A stretch of DNA of 64,000 nucleotides from Thermodesulfobacteriota bacterium (lineage in GTDB: Bacteria > Desulfobacterota_D > UBA1144 > Nemesobacterales > JAJCZQ01): the NCBI GenBank assembly GCA_965215275.1, contig OZ244044.1, positions 1,440,001 to 1,504,000 on the forward strand, in the 5' to 3' direction. Numbering within the stretch: position 1 is the stretch's first letter; each line of letters begins with the position of its first letter. The notes under the pieces are model-generated. The model saw nothing but the letters and a program-made list of their open reading frames with translations, did no database searches and was not told the origin of the DNA. A program made the position numbers and the translations under genes. Shown here piece after piece: positions 40,241-50,608 of this stretch.

Positions 40241-41332
40241 ATGAAGACCGCACTGATCAAGTTCCTTGACTACTGTATAGGTAAACCTCTTTGTTACTTT
40301 CTTTCCATGTTCAAAAGTAATGCCGCTACAAGTGGCAGCTTCCGCAGGATACTGATCATCCGTCCTGGTGGAATAGGGGATGCCGTGCTTCTGTACCCTT
40401 GTTTAAAAGTATTAAAAGATGCTGCCGTAAGTGCTCAGATCGACGTCTTGGCCGAGAAGAGGAACGCCGGAATTTTTAAGGACTGCAGATATATTAATGC
40501 TCTTTACCTATATGATGACTTCAGAAATATGAACTTACTTCTGGTACTGAGAAAAGGTTATGACGTGGTAATTGACACTGAGCAGTGGCATCGTCTGAGT
40601 GCTGTCGTCTGTTTTCTGACCGGTGCAAAGGTAAGAGTTGGTTTTGCAACCAACGAAAGACAAAAGCTTCTCACTAACTCGGTTCTTTACAGACAGGATG
40701 ATTATGAGGTGATCAGCTTTATGAACCTTATATCAGAGGTTACGGGAAAAAGTTATGAATTCGATAAAGATGAGGCTTTTCTGGATTTTGAAGCACCAAG
40801 GTGCATTGAGTTCTTACGATACAGGGACAAATATAAAACCATGGCTGGGATATTCAGTGGTGCCACGGTAAAAGAAAGAAGGTGGGGCACTGAAAACTAT
40901 TCACTTGTCGCAGGCAGACTTCTGGATAACCAGGTGGGGGTGGTTCTGCTGGGAGGAAAGGGAGAAAAGACGGATTCTGTTCATTTTAGAAAGTTTCTTG
41001 GTGGGCGGGATTATCTGGACCTTATAGGTAAGACCGGGTTAGATGAAACAAAGAACATAATATCAGATCTGGACGTTCTGGTAAGTGCGGATTCGGGATT
41101 GATGCACGTTGCATACGGCGTGGGAACGAAAACGGTTTCCTTGTTCGGTGCTGGTATTGAGAAAAAATGGGCTCCTCCCGGTGCTGAGAACCAAGTCATC
41201 AATAAGGAACTTTTCTGCAGTCCATGTACAAGATTTGGTTATACACCAAGCTGCTCCTACAACGTTAAATGTTTGAAAGACATAAACCCTGAAGAAGTTC
41301 TTACCACGGTCACGGGTATGTTGTCTGATTAG
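40241..41332 (+). CDS. Glycosyltransferase family 9 (heptosyltransferase-like)
   Basis: GGIGDA, DSGLMH, SLFG. Confidence 0.87.
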   Translation: MKTALIKFLDYCIGKPLCYFLSMFKSNAATSGSFRRILIIRPGGIGDAVLLYPCLKVLKDAAVSAQIDVLAEKRNAGIFKDCRYINALYLYDDFRNMNLLLVLRKGYDVVIDTEQWHRLSAVVCFLTGAKVRVGFATNERQKLLTNSVLYRQDDYEVISFMNLISEVTGKSYEFDKDEAFLDFEAPRCIEFLRYRDKYKTMAGIFSGATVKERRWGTENYSLVAGRLLDNQVGVVLLGGKGEKTDSVHFRKFLGGRDYLDLIGKTGLDETKNIISDLDVLVSADSGLMHVAYGVGTKTVSLFGAGIEKKWAPPGAENQVINKELFCSPCTRFGYTPSCSYNVKCLKDINPEEVLTTVTGMLSD

Positions 41333-42201
41333 ATGTCAATCTGTAAGAGGTCTTCTCCAAGAAGTATTTCACAGTCAGTGTTGTTCTTGACCAGATCATA
41401 GACGTTTTCCTCGTCACATATTGGGTAAAGATGTGTAAGTACCAACTTCCTGGGTTTGGATAGATTGGCGATCCGTATTACTTCTGAAGGGGTAAGGTGT
41501 CCGGGTTTTTTCAGTCTGTCAGGAAAAGAGCATTCGATTATTAAAACATCGGACCTGTGTGCAAGATCTGCAAGGGAATCCGTATAATCCGTGTCCCCGG
41601 AATATACGATAACTTTTTCGTCCGTCTGGAGCTTATAAGCAAGGCTATTATCCGTATGGGGAGTTTTGAGGCATGAGATACTGAATCCATTCAGTTTATG
41701 GTCCATACCGCATTCAAGTTCAAGGACTTTTAAGCAGTCAGGCTCGATCCATCTGTTGTAAGCACCACTGATAGAGTTGAAAAAATCCTTAAATCCTTTC
41801 GGTCCCCAAACGTGCAGTGGTTTTGTTCTGGGAGTGCCGGATGGATATTTAGTGGCAAATAAAAACGGGATCAGGTCTGAATTATGATCAGGGTGAAGGT
41901 GCGTGATGAATATATGATCAATATCAAGATAATTAATACCGATCTTTTCCAGCTTCCACGTTGCCCCGTTGCCGCAGTCAAAAAGAATCTTATTTGAGTT
42001 AAAGGAAACGAGATATGAAGATGACCCTCTTTTGGTGGTTGGGATGCAGGTTCCACTGCCTAATATATGTATTCTGTGAGTTGTATGCAATTTATCCGGC
42101 CCTTGATCTTTCCTCTGTTTATAAATTACCCGAGATTGGTATAGAATTGTAAGAAAACAATTGAAATTAACTGAGAAGATAAAAGACATTATTCTTGACA
42201 T
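41329..42201 (-). CDS. MBL-fold hydrolase, RNase Z-like (true start probably near 42090)
   Basis: ILGSGT, THLHPDH, YSGDT, GHLT, LTHLYP. Confidence 0.85.
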   Translation of the reverse strand: MSRIMSFIFSVNFNCFLTILYQSRVIYKQRKDQGPDKLHTTHRIHILGSGTCIPTTKRGSSSYLVSFNSNKILFDCGNGATWKLEKIGINYLDIDHIFITHLHPDHNSDLIPFLFATKYPSGTPRTKPLHVWGPKGFKDFFNSISGAYNRWIEPDCLKVLELECGMDHKLNGFSISCLKTPHTDNSLAYKLQTDEKVIVYSGDTDYTDSLADLAHRSDVLIIECSFPDRLKKPGHLTPSEVIRIANLSKPRKLVLTHLYPICDEENVYDLVKNNTDCEILLGEDLLQIDI

Positions 42202-42224
42202 TCATTCAGGATACAAAGTAAAAT
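42195..42224 (+). promoter_or_regulatory. Sigma70 promoter shared by the S8-like paralogs (copies at 46277, 46438, 54438, 56496)
   Basis: TTGACA, 17-18 bp, TAAAAT found five times; each is followed 9-10 nt later by an ATG. Confidence 0.75.
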
Positions 42225-42234
42225 GAAACAAGTT

Positions 42235-44283
42235 ATGAACATCTTATTTCGAATAATACCCCCCCCCTTCCCATCTAAGTCAGTAATTCCCTTTTTCTTT
42301 CTTCTGTGTTTTGTATCTATTGAGGCATATGGCCAGAGTAGTAATTGTAATGCCAATGCAAATATTGATGCTACGCTGACATTGGATGGAGGTAACAAAG
42401 TTGTGACCTTCCAAGCTAATGGAGGACTGAATTACTATCAGATAGACCTGACAGTCCCCGTTATCATAAATATAGATGGAATGGTCAATTCTACCACCTC
42501 CAATAACGTGCAAGCCAGTTTAGAGTTGTGTAACAGCAATGATGATCTGATAACAAGTGTAAGTGGCGGTGGCAGTGCAGATGTAGAATTGGATATTACA
42601 GCAGTTTACCTGATCCCGGGAACTTACTATATTGTTGTGAAAAGCAATGTAGCTGGAGCATCTGATGTTGAAGTTATAAAAGAAGCAGATGCATGTAGGA
42701 CTACTACCAGTTTCAATGATCCCTTATACGGCTGTCAGTGGCATCTGAAAAACACAGGACAGCTCGGGGATATAACTAGCTCTGGAGAAGATATAAACGT
42801 AGAAGGGGTGTGGGATGATAATGTATTCGGTGCTGGAATTAACGTGGCAGTGGTAGATGATGGTATGCAGACGGGTCATGAGGACCTTACTGATAATGTA
42901 AATACCAGCCTGAATCATGATTATTCAGGGAACAATGACGTATACGACCCTTCAAAAGCTCGTGGTACACGTGTATCGGGAGTTATAGCAGCAACAGGTG
43001 ATAACAGCCTTGGAGTAAGAGGCGCAGCACCCCAGGCAGGCATCTATAGTTATAACTTAGCTGGTAATTTAACTTCCGCTAACGCAAAGGATGCTATGAT
43101 CCGTAACAGAGATACAACGGCCGTATCCGTCAATAACTGGGGACCGGAGGACACGTCTGTTCTTATAGAGGCTTCATCAGAGTGGGAGGAAGGAGTGGGA
43201 ATGGGTATAAGTGAAGGGCTTGGTGGTAAAGGGGTATTTTACGTGTGGGCGACTGGAAACAGAGGTGACAACCGCGGTCAGGCTAATTTTGATGAATATT
43301 CCAACTACTACGCAGTAACTGCCGTATGTTCGGTAGATAGAGAAGGAAACAAAAGTTCTTTTTCAGAAGAGGGAGTAAATCTGTGGGTATGTGCTCCAGG
43401 TGAAGATATTACAACTACTGATAATAACGATGGATATATTTTTGATGCAAGTGGAACGGCATATTCAGCAGCGCAGGTTGCAGGTGTGGCGGCACTGATG
43501 AGAGAGGTAAACAGTGATCTTAGCTGGAGAGACCTTAAACTGATACTTGCAGCTTCAGCCCGTAAGAACGACGGTTCTGACACGGGCTGGGAGACAGGGG
43601 CACATAAATACGGTTCTGATACAGAAAGTTATAATTACAACCCTAAGTACGGTTTTGGTGTGGTAGATGCTGAAGCAGCAGTAGGGCTTGCTGAAAGCTG
43701 GACTAATGTTCCAAGGATGAGAACTCAGACCGCTTCTTCTGGAACTATTGATATGGCAATCCCCGACTACAATGACGCAACTTCAACAGACGGAGTACTT
43801 GTTTCCAGACTGACAATACCAGATACTTCTCTTTCTTTTACAGAGTTTGTAGAGGTAGAGCTTAATTTCTCTCACACATACTTACCAGACCTGAACATAC
43901 AGATAACCTCTCCTGACGGTACTGTGTCGCAACTTACTGAGATAGATTCAAACAGCTTTGGTTACACAGATAAAACTCATCGTTTTGGTTCAGCCAGGCA
44001 CCTTGGAGAAGACCCTGCTGGAGAATGGACTTTGAAAATATCTGACACTGTTTCTGACGATACAGGGACGTTACACTCGTGGAGCATTAAAGTCTATGGT
44101 CACAGTAAGGAAGATACAGTACGAAGACCAGGAACACCAGGTGCTGATTCAGGTGGAGGAGGATGTGCGGTCTCCGATCAGAGAGGCGTTATTCCTGATC
44201 TGCTCGGAGCAGTGGCATGTCTGATGCTTATACCTGTATCTGTAGTGATCAGAAGGAAGATAAGGTCTCATATAAAGATGTAA
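42235..44283 (+). CDS. Exported S8/kexin-like pseudo-protease with P-domain and C-terminal anchor (paralog A)
   Basis: DPLYGCQWHL, VAVVDDG, RGT in place of HGT, GTAY in place of GTSM, P-domain, GGGGC-TM-basic tail; ATG 42223 overlaps the -10 box so 42235 is preferred. Confidence 0.85.
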   Translation: MNILFRIIPPPFPSKSVIPFFFLLCFVSIEAYGQSSNCNANANIDATLTLDGGNKVVTFQANGGLNYYQIDLTVPVIINIDGMVNSTTSNNVQASLELCNSNDDLITSVSGGGSADVELDITAVYLIPGTYYIVVKSNVAGASDVEVIKEADACRTTTSFNDPLYGCQWHLKNTGQLGDITSSGEDINVEGVWDDNVFGAGINVAVVDDGMQTGHEDLTDNVNTSLNHDYSGNNDVYDPSKARGTRVSGVIAATGDNSLGVRGAAPQAGIYSYNLAGNLTSANAKDAMIRNRDTTAVSVNNWGPEDTSVLIEASSEWEEGVGMGISEGLGGKGVFYVWATGNRGDNRGQANFDEYSNYYAVTAVCSVDREGNKSSFSEEGVNLWVCAPGEDITTTDNNDGYIFDASGTAYSAAQVAGVAALMREVNSDLSWRDLKLILAASARKNDGSDTGWETGAHKYGSDTESYNYNPKYGFGVVDAEAAVGLAESWTNVPRMRTQTASSGTIDMAIPDYNDATSTDGVLVSRLTIPDTSLSFTEFVEVELNFSHTYLPDLNIQITSPDGTVSQLTEIDSNSFGYTDKTHRFGSARHLGEDPAGEWTLKISDTVSDDTGTLHSWSIKVYGHSKEDTVRRPGTPGADSGGGGCAVSDQRGVIPDLLGAVACLMLIPVSVVIRRKIRSHIKM

Positions 44284-44407
44284 CAATGCAGTCTCTTTCC
44301 AGAATGTTGAATTAATTAAGATCTTTCCCATCAAAATATCTGCTGGCTGCTTATGAGAGAAGGAACGGTATCTTTCTGTTAAAGTCCTTTTTTCCTTTGG
44401 TTTATAA

Positions 44408-44689
44408 TTATTTTGCCATCCCGGCATATGCAACCGGTCGGGTGTCTCCGAACGTCTTTACAAGTGTTTCAAGGAATTCTTCGGAATGCTCGGAGCAGAA
44501 AAAATAGGTTAGAACAGTGTTACCGGACTTGGTTACGCTTAATACCTGGTAGTGGCGGCTGCAAAGGTCTTTGTTGCACATTACACATTCTTTTATCGCC
44601 AGTCTTTCTCCTTCAAGAGTACATCTTTCCCCGTCCTCTCCTATGTTGTCACACTGATATACCTCAACGGATATTTTCCTTTTTGACAT
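44408..44689 (-). CDS. Small Cys/His-rich (probable zinc-binding) hypothetical protein
   Basis: CVMCNKDLCSRH and FCSEH; SD-like AGGAGA upstream. Confidence 0.65.
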   Translation of the reverse strand: MSKRKISVEVYQCDNIGEDGERCTLEGERLAIKECVMCNKDLCSRHYQVLSVTKSGNTVLTYFFCSEHSEEFLETLVKTFGDTRPVAYAGMAK

Positions 44690-44742
44690 CTATTCTCTCC
44701 TTATAGTTTTATATACACTCCATTTTTTACATTAATAAGTAT

Positions 44743-44963
44743 AGGAATTATAAAGATTGATTTACAAGAAATAAAATTTTTAATAATAAGCATTAGGAAA
44801 ATCAGAATATCCATAACGGATATAAATCTGTATCGGGTGGAGCAGTTAAAATGGGGAAAAGACTCCCGGTGGGTGCTATGGGTATTTTAAAATCAAAAGA
44901 ACAAGAGGAACTTTGCACTCAGAACGGTAAAGGTATTGTCGTCGGACGATCTTTATAGTTCTC
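44743..44963 (+). mobile_element. 221-bp MITE carrying a TnpB omegaRNA-like scaffold but no ORF
   Basis: Ends AGGAATTATAAAGATTG and (rev. comp.) GAGAACTATAAAGATCG; degenerate TSD ATAAGTAT/ACAAGCAT; blocks 20/24 and 29/32 identical to the tnpB 3' end. Confidence 0.8.
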
Positions 44964-45100
44964 ACAAGCATATAAGATTGACGGCGATATGATCAGTCTG
45001 AATAACAGCGGTATTTAACTGATTTGCAATCCAACGAGATTTAGTAGACAGTATTACCCGCACAAATTATATTTTGTAAAATTTATTAAGCTATATAAGA

Positions 45101-46069
45101 ATGATCTCCACCAATCAAGCTATTAACGGGACTCTGAAGTTTTTATACAATCGGATCACGAAAAGGCCCACACTTGTAAATCTTGAAGTAACAAAGCTGT
45201 GTAACGCTACGTGTGATTTTTGTGATTACTGGCAGACAAAGCACGAGGAAAGAATTACCGATTACAGACCCGTAATTAAAAAAATTAATCCTCTGGTGAC
45301 GGTAATTACCGGCGGGGAGCCAATGTTAAGAAAGGACCTTCCTGATATTGTCAGGCAGATCAAAGAGTGTTCAATGTTTATTTTTGTCTCTATGGTAACA
45401 AAAGGGGACCTGTTGACCGTTGATAAGGCGAAAGAACTTTTTGAGGCAGGTATGGACCAGATAGCAGTTTCTCTGGATTTTCCCGGCAAGACCCACGATA
45501 CGTATCGCGGGATACCTGGTCTCTGGGACCATATTTCTGAATTGATGCCTAAACTTGCTGAAGTTTTTCCAAAGAAAACAGTGGTTTTAAATACAATAAT
45601 TATGGAGGATAACCTTGATCAGGTCGTAAAGATAGCAGAGAAAGCAAGAGAGTGGGGTGTCAGGATATCTTTTAGTTCTTACTCCGTGATGAAAACAAAC
45701 AACGAAGGTCATTTTATCAGGAAAAAGCAGTTACAGAAAGTTAAGGACGTGATCGATGAACTTATAGAACTGAGGCAACAGTGGAAGGGAACGATTCTGT
45801 CCACGGAATATTATTTAAGGATGGTACCTGCTTATTTTGAAAACGGTGGAGTTCCAGACTGCTTTGCTGGTGTAAGTCACCTTCAGGTTACCCCGAGTGG
45901 GCATTTAAAAAGGTGTTCGGAAATGCCCGTTGTTGCACGCTACGATGAATACAGCCCTGAACTGTTTGACAAAACAAAGTGTGAGGCATGCTGGTACAGT
46001 TGCAGAGGTGAGACACAGAGCCCTGCCAACGTTAGAAGAATGCTTGAATACATGGGGGTCTGGCTTTAA
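45101..46069 (+). CDS. Radical SAM protein with C-terminal Cys cluster (SPASM/twitch-like)
   Basis: CNATCDFC, ITGGEP, C-terminal CEACWYSC. Confidence 0.87.
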   Translation: MISTNQAINGTLKFLYNRITKRPTLVNLEVTKLCNATCDFCDYWQTKHEERITDYRPVIKKINPLVTVITGGEPMLRKDLPDIVRQIKECSMFIFVSMVTKGDLLTVDKAKELFEAGMDQIAVSLDFPGKTHDTYRGIPGLWDHISELMPKLAEVFPKKTVVLNTIIMEDNLDQVVKIAEKAREWGVRISFSSYSVMKTNNEGHFIRKKQLQKVKDVIDELIELRQQWKGTILSTEYYLRMVPAYFENGGVPDCFAGVSHLQVTPSGHLKRCSEMPVVARYDEYSPELFDKTKCEACWYSCRGETQSPANVRRMLEYMGVWL

Positions 46070-46561
46070 ACTCATTTGACGGGTTTTAACGGTTGCGTTC
46101 CTGATGCTGTAAACTTAACACAGCAGGGAAGTTATCAGCGATTTTACCTGCCTGTTTCTTATAGACGTTGCCATCTGAATACCATCTGTTGTGAAGATTG
46201 ATTTTTCAGAAGTCGTACCGCTTGGTGTAGCAGAGAGGTTCTTGTTTCTATTAAAGGGAATTATATTTATACACGCTTGACATTCGTTCATAATACAAAG
46301 TAAAATGAAAGGGTTATGAGTATGAACGTATCTTTTAGAGTAATACGCCTTTTTAATGATAGTGAAAGTAAATCTTTCAAAGTGAAATACAGTTTAACTT
46401 ACCTTTTATTATAAACATGCATAGATATTGTTCATACTTGACATTACGGCGGAACGGAAGTAAAATATCGGCATCATGAAAAATCCAAACGTAAAAAAGC
46501 GTAGTTCTATTACCCCCCCCCGTGTATACCCGACCTTTCAGCTGTATACGGGTATCCTGCA

Positions 46562-49500
46562 ATGACAATGCTTAAGTTCATATCCCCCCCCCCGTCTAAG
46601 TCCATACTTCCCCTTGTCCTTTTCCTTCTGTGCGTAATCACCGTGGTTGCAAGTGGACAGGGCAGTGAAAAGGACCCGTTCTCCGAATGCAGGGGTATCA
46701 GTGCAGACGCGGAAGATCCGCTGTACGGATGTCAGTGGCATCTGAGGAACACTGGACAGCTTAGTTATTCCGGAAAGAGGACAACTGCGGGAGAGGATAT
46801 AAACGTGGAGGGAGTGTGGAACGACGGGATATCCGGTGCCGGGATCAATATAGCAGTGGCAGGTGACGGCGTCGACCTTTCCCATGAGGACCTTTCTGCG
46901 AACGTCCGTTCCGGACCGAACCACAGTTTTTCTGGAAAAAACAATTCCGGAAAGAACAGTTTTGAGAAAAACAATTCAGAAAGCGGTGATCTTTCCGATA
47001 GTTCATCCCTTACCGGAACGCGAGCAGCAGGAGTAATAGCAGCAACTGGATATAACGGACTGGGAGTAAGAGGAGTTGCACCTGGTGCTAGTATATACAG
47101 TAATGAGTTAACAGAAGATCTCAGTGAAACAGAAGCAATGGTGCGTAATAAAGAAATAACTGCAGTATCCGTTAACGACCGGGGATCTGAGGAGGGAGTT
47201 TTATTACAGGGGGCTTCGGCTGAGTGGGAAGAGGGAGTGGAAGAGGGTATAAGGGAAGGGTTTTACGGCAGGGGAATATTTTACGTCCTGGGAGCAGGGG
47301 ACGGACATGAGAGCGGAGATCAGGCTAATTTTTCTGAATATTCCAACTATTACGGTGTAACGGCGGTATGTTCAACTGACGGCTTTGGAAAGAAGAGTAT
47401 ATTTTCAGAAGAGGGAGTAAATCTCTGGGTATGTGCACCTGGTTCTGATATTGTGACCACTGATAACGACGACGGCTACGCCGTGGCTTCCGGAACATTT
47501 CTTTCAGCTTCACAGGTTGGAGGAGTGGCAGCACTGCTGAGAGAAATAAATGGAAACCTGAGCTGGAGGGATATAAAGCTTATACTTGCGGGTTCGGCAC
47601 GGCAGAACGATCTTTCTGACATGAGCTGGGAGACAGGAGCATTTAAATACGGTTCTGATACTGAAAGATATAATTATAACCCTAAGTATGGTTTTGGTGT
47701 GGTAGACGCGGAGGCGGCCGCAGAGCTTGCCGGAAGCTGGAAAGGAGTGGGAGAAATGAGGACCGTTACAGCTTCCTCGGATAATGAACTGACGATCCCT
47801 GATGGAGAAGGAGAGGCGGACGGGGTCCTTACCTCCAGACTTATGATTTCGGACCTGGAGGAAATATTTACGGAGTTCGTTGAGGTAGAACTCGTTCTCT
47901 CGTGTGACTGCCTGCAGGACCTCAATATACGGATAACCTCTCCTTCCGGGACAGTATCGGAACTTGTGCGGGAGTCTGCCAGTGAGTTTGTAAGGGGATC
48001 TTCGAATGAAGAAAACGACTGCGTCAGTTACCTGGGGAAAAAACATCGTTTCGGTTCGGCAAGACACCTCGGGGAAGACCCTTCCGGAGAATGGACCCTT
48101 AAGATATATAATACTGCTTCCGGAGATGAAGAAGATACAGAAAATACCGTTACCCTGCACTCATGGAGCATCAGGGTATACGGGCACGGGAAGGGGGATA
48201 CTTTAACGGACTTTGGCGGGGAGATCACTGCCAAGGCTTTAACTTTGGGTAATGTTCCTGGTGGTAGGCTGACCTGGACGCAACATAAGCTGGTAAACGC
48301 AAGGTTATTCGAGGCAGCCGGAGGCAGGCCGCCGTATACTTACAGTTTAGCTCCTTTACCTCCTGGATTGAATTTTAACGGAACCACCAGAATTATAAAC
48401 GGGAGACCGACCGCTGCAGGTGACACCGACGTTCAGTATACGGCAAGAGACGCAAATAACGATACGGCACGGAGTGACTTCGTTATAAGGATAACGGCGA
48501 ACGCCGCGCCGGTTTTTGGCAGCAAGACGGTTGCTGCTCAGGTGTACACGGCAAGGAAAGCAATAGAACCATTGGAACTTCCCGAGGCAACGGGAGGGGA
48601 TGGAACCTTGACTTACAATATAAGTGGTAACGTCAGGGGTATAGGGTTGAACTTTAACCGTAACACAAGGATACTGAGCGGAATGCCCACCAGTGTTACG
48701 CCTGGTATTACAGCCGTTTATACCGCCACTGACGCAGATGGAGATACTGCCGAACTGAGGTTCAATATACGGGTAAGACATCAGAACGACATACCGACCT
48801 TTGGCAGTCAGACGGTAGATGATCAGAATTGGGTTAACGGCAGTGCAGTAAGGCTAACGCTGCCTCGTGCAAGAAACGGGAACGGAACGTTAATTTACAG
48901 TTTAGGGCTTGCCGTTAACATGAATGCATTACTTGCCGGACTGGATTTTAACAGAAACACCAGAGTGTTAAGCGGAACGCTCAGGATACCCCCGGCGGCA
49001 ATACCTCCTGCTGGGATTACACACAGATATACGGTAACGGACAGTGATAACGATACTCATGAAAGTGATTCTGACAGTTTGACCTTCGGGATCACTGTAT
49101 CAGCGGACGCAATGCCGACCTTTAGCAGTGAGACGATAGATGATAAGGAATACATAGCAGGAAGTCAGATAAAGCCGGTAACGCTGCCAGTGGCAACATC
49201 GGGGAATACTCCGTTAACCTACGGTATAACCCCTGCTTTGCCTGATGGACTGGACTTTGATCCTGCTACCCGGGTGCTGAGCGGAACACCGACCACTGCG
49301 ATGTCTCAGACTACCTATACATATACAGTAACGGACGTAGATGACGACCCGGCTGAGTTAACGTTTGATATCACTGTATCAGCGGACGCAATGCCGACCT
49401 TCGGCGGTGCGACGATAGAAGACAGGACGACCGTTAACGGCGTTACGGCAGTAATGGAAACACTGCCTCTTGCAACAGGAGGGAACGGAACGCTGACTTA

Positions 49501-50140
49501 CAGTTTAACTGATGCCGGTTCAAATGCTTTGAATTTATTTGCCGGACTGGACTTTGATGAAAACACCCGGGTGCTGAGCGGAACACCCGATATCGGTTCA
49601 GCGTTCCTTGATCTGCTTCCCGTAACCGAGACCTATACGTGGATGGTAGCGGACGAAGATGAAGACATGGACGAGTTGACGTTCAGTATAATTATAGAAG
49701 CAGACAGCGAACCTGACCTCAGCGGTGAGACGATAGATGATCAGGTGTACACGGGGACCCCTGTAACTCTTCCTGAGGCAACGGGAGGGAACCCGCCGTT
49801 AAGATACAGTATAATGCCTCGTTTACCAGATGGATTGAGTTTTGATCCTGCTACCAGAAGGATAAGCGGGACACCGACTGCTGCAGCACCTGAGAATACT
49901 TACACGTACACGGTAACGGACAGCAATGACGACGTGGACGTGTTGACTTTCAGGCTCAGTGCAGTTCCGCCACGAGGACCGATGACGTCAGATACCGGTT
50001 CAGGCGGAGGTGGAGGAGGATGTGCCGTCTCGGATCAGAGCAGCGTTGCTTCTGATATCTTTGGAGCAGTGGCATTTCTGATGCTCATACCCGTGTCAGT
50101 ATTTATCAGAAGGAGAAGAAGACCTCATATAAAGACATAG
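46562..50140 (+). CDS. Exported S8/kexin-like pseudo-protease with P-domain, 6 putative Ig-like (He_PIG-type) repeats and anchor (paralog B)
   Basis: Triad positions read AGDG, TGT, GTFL; repeats of the LPDGLDFDPATRVLSGTPT type; GGGGGCAVSDQ tail. Confidence 0.87.
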   Translation: MTMLKFISPPPSKSILPLVLFLLCVITVVASGQGSEKDPFSECRGISADAEDPLYGCQWHLRNTGQLSYSGKRTTAGEDINVEGVWNDGISGAGINIAVAGDGVDLSHEDLSANVRSGPNHSFSGKNNSGKNSFEKNNSESGDLSDSSSLTGTRAAGVIAATGYNGLGVRGVAPGASIYSNELTEDLSETEAMVRNKEITAVSVNDRGSEEGVLLQGASAEWEEGVEEGIREGFYGRGIFYVLGAGDGHESGDQANFSEYSNYYGVTAVCSTDGFGKKSIFSEEGVNLWVCAPGSDIVTTDNDDGYAVASGTFLSASQVGGVAALLREINGNLSWRDIKLILAGSARQNDLSDMSWETGAFKYGSDTERYNYNPKYGFGVVDAEAAAELAGSWKGVGEMRTVTASSDNELTIPDGEGEADGVLTSRLMISDLEEIFTEFVEVELVLSCDCLQDLNIRITSPSGTVSELVRESASEFVRGSSNEENDCVSYLGKKHRFGSARHLGEDPSGEWTLKIYNTASGDEEDTENTVTLHSWSIRVYGHGKGDTLTDFGGEITAKALTLGNVPGGRLTWTQHKLVNARLFEAAGGRPPYTYSLAPLPPGLNFNGTTRIINGRPTAAGDTDVQYTARDANNDTARSDFVIRITANAAPVFGSKTVAAQVYTARKAIEPLELPEATGGDGTLTYNISGNVRGIGLNFNRNTRILSGMPTSVTPGITAVYTATDADGDTAELRFNIRVRHQNDIPTFGSQTVDDQNWVNGSAVRLTLPRARNGNGTLIYSLGLAVNMNALLAGLDFNRNTRVLSGTLRIPPAAIPPAGITHRYTVTDSDNDTHESDSDSLTFGITVSADAMPTFSSETIDDKEYIAGSQIKPVTLPVATSGNTPLTYGITPALPDGLDFDPATRVLSGTPTTAMSQTTYTYTVTDVDDDPAELTFDITVSADAMPTFGGATIEDRTTVNGVTAVMETLPLATGGNGTLTYSLTDAGSNALNLFAGLDFDENTRVLSGTPDIGSAFLDLLPVTETYTWMVADEDEDMDELTFSIIIEADSEPDLSGETIDDQVYTGTPVTLPEATGGNPPLRYSIMPRLPDGLSFDPATRRISGTPTAAAPENTYTYTVTDSNDDVDVLTFRLSAVPPRGPMTSDTGSGGGGGGCAVSDQSSVASDIFGAVAFLMLIPVSVFIRRRRRPHIKT

Positions 50141-50200
50141 TAATGTGGTCCTTTAAAGAGCATTTCTGAGAGAGAATTGGAGTCTGCTGCTAATAAAAAA

Positions 50201-50608
50201 GGGGGCTATATACAATGTTGCCCAAATTGTATATAATGGTGACAAGAGATTAAAACATAAGAACTTAACAAGATGAACAATCCTTCTACCCCCCCCCATC
50301 AAATACGCTGTTTTATGGTGATTGTTTAGATGTAATACAACAATGGTCAGAGGGTTTTGTTGACCTGTGCTACCTTGACCCACCGTTTAACTCTAAGACA
50401 ACTTACAATATCCTATTTGGGGAAAAAAGTAACAATAGAACTCAAGCCGTTGCTGTTAAAGATACATGGTCTTGGGACGATAAAGCACTTGAACGAGTAA
50501 GTAAGATAAAAAAAGCCGTAGGTCATGGTGCTCATCAGTCTATAACAGGATTACATTCAAAAAAGAATTGATGCTTTTTTATTTTGGGCAACATTGTATA
50601 TAGTCCCC
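50201..50608. mobile_element. TIR-bounded element carrying a DNA methyltransferase fragment
   Basis: GGGGGCTATATACAATGTTGCCCAAA (50201-26) vs 50583-50608 reverse complement GGGGACTATATACAATGTTGCCCAAA (25/26); no direct TSD. Confidence 0.75.
50273..50571 (+). pseudogene. Truncated N6/N4 DNA methyltransferase, out of frame at a C9 tract
   Basis: From 50302: NTLFYGDCLDVIQQWSEGFVDLCYLDPPFNSKTTYNILF...DTWSW; ATG 50273 needs +1 nt in C9 (50289-97); stops after about 90 aa. Confidence 0.82.

Noticed and set aside
46319..46438. Imperfect inverted repeat AGTATGAACGTATCT / AGATATTGTTCATACT as another MITE
   Set aside because: No TSD, and the arms overlap sequence explained by the relic gene start and the duplicated promoter.
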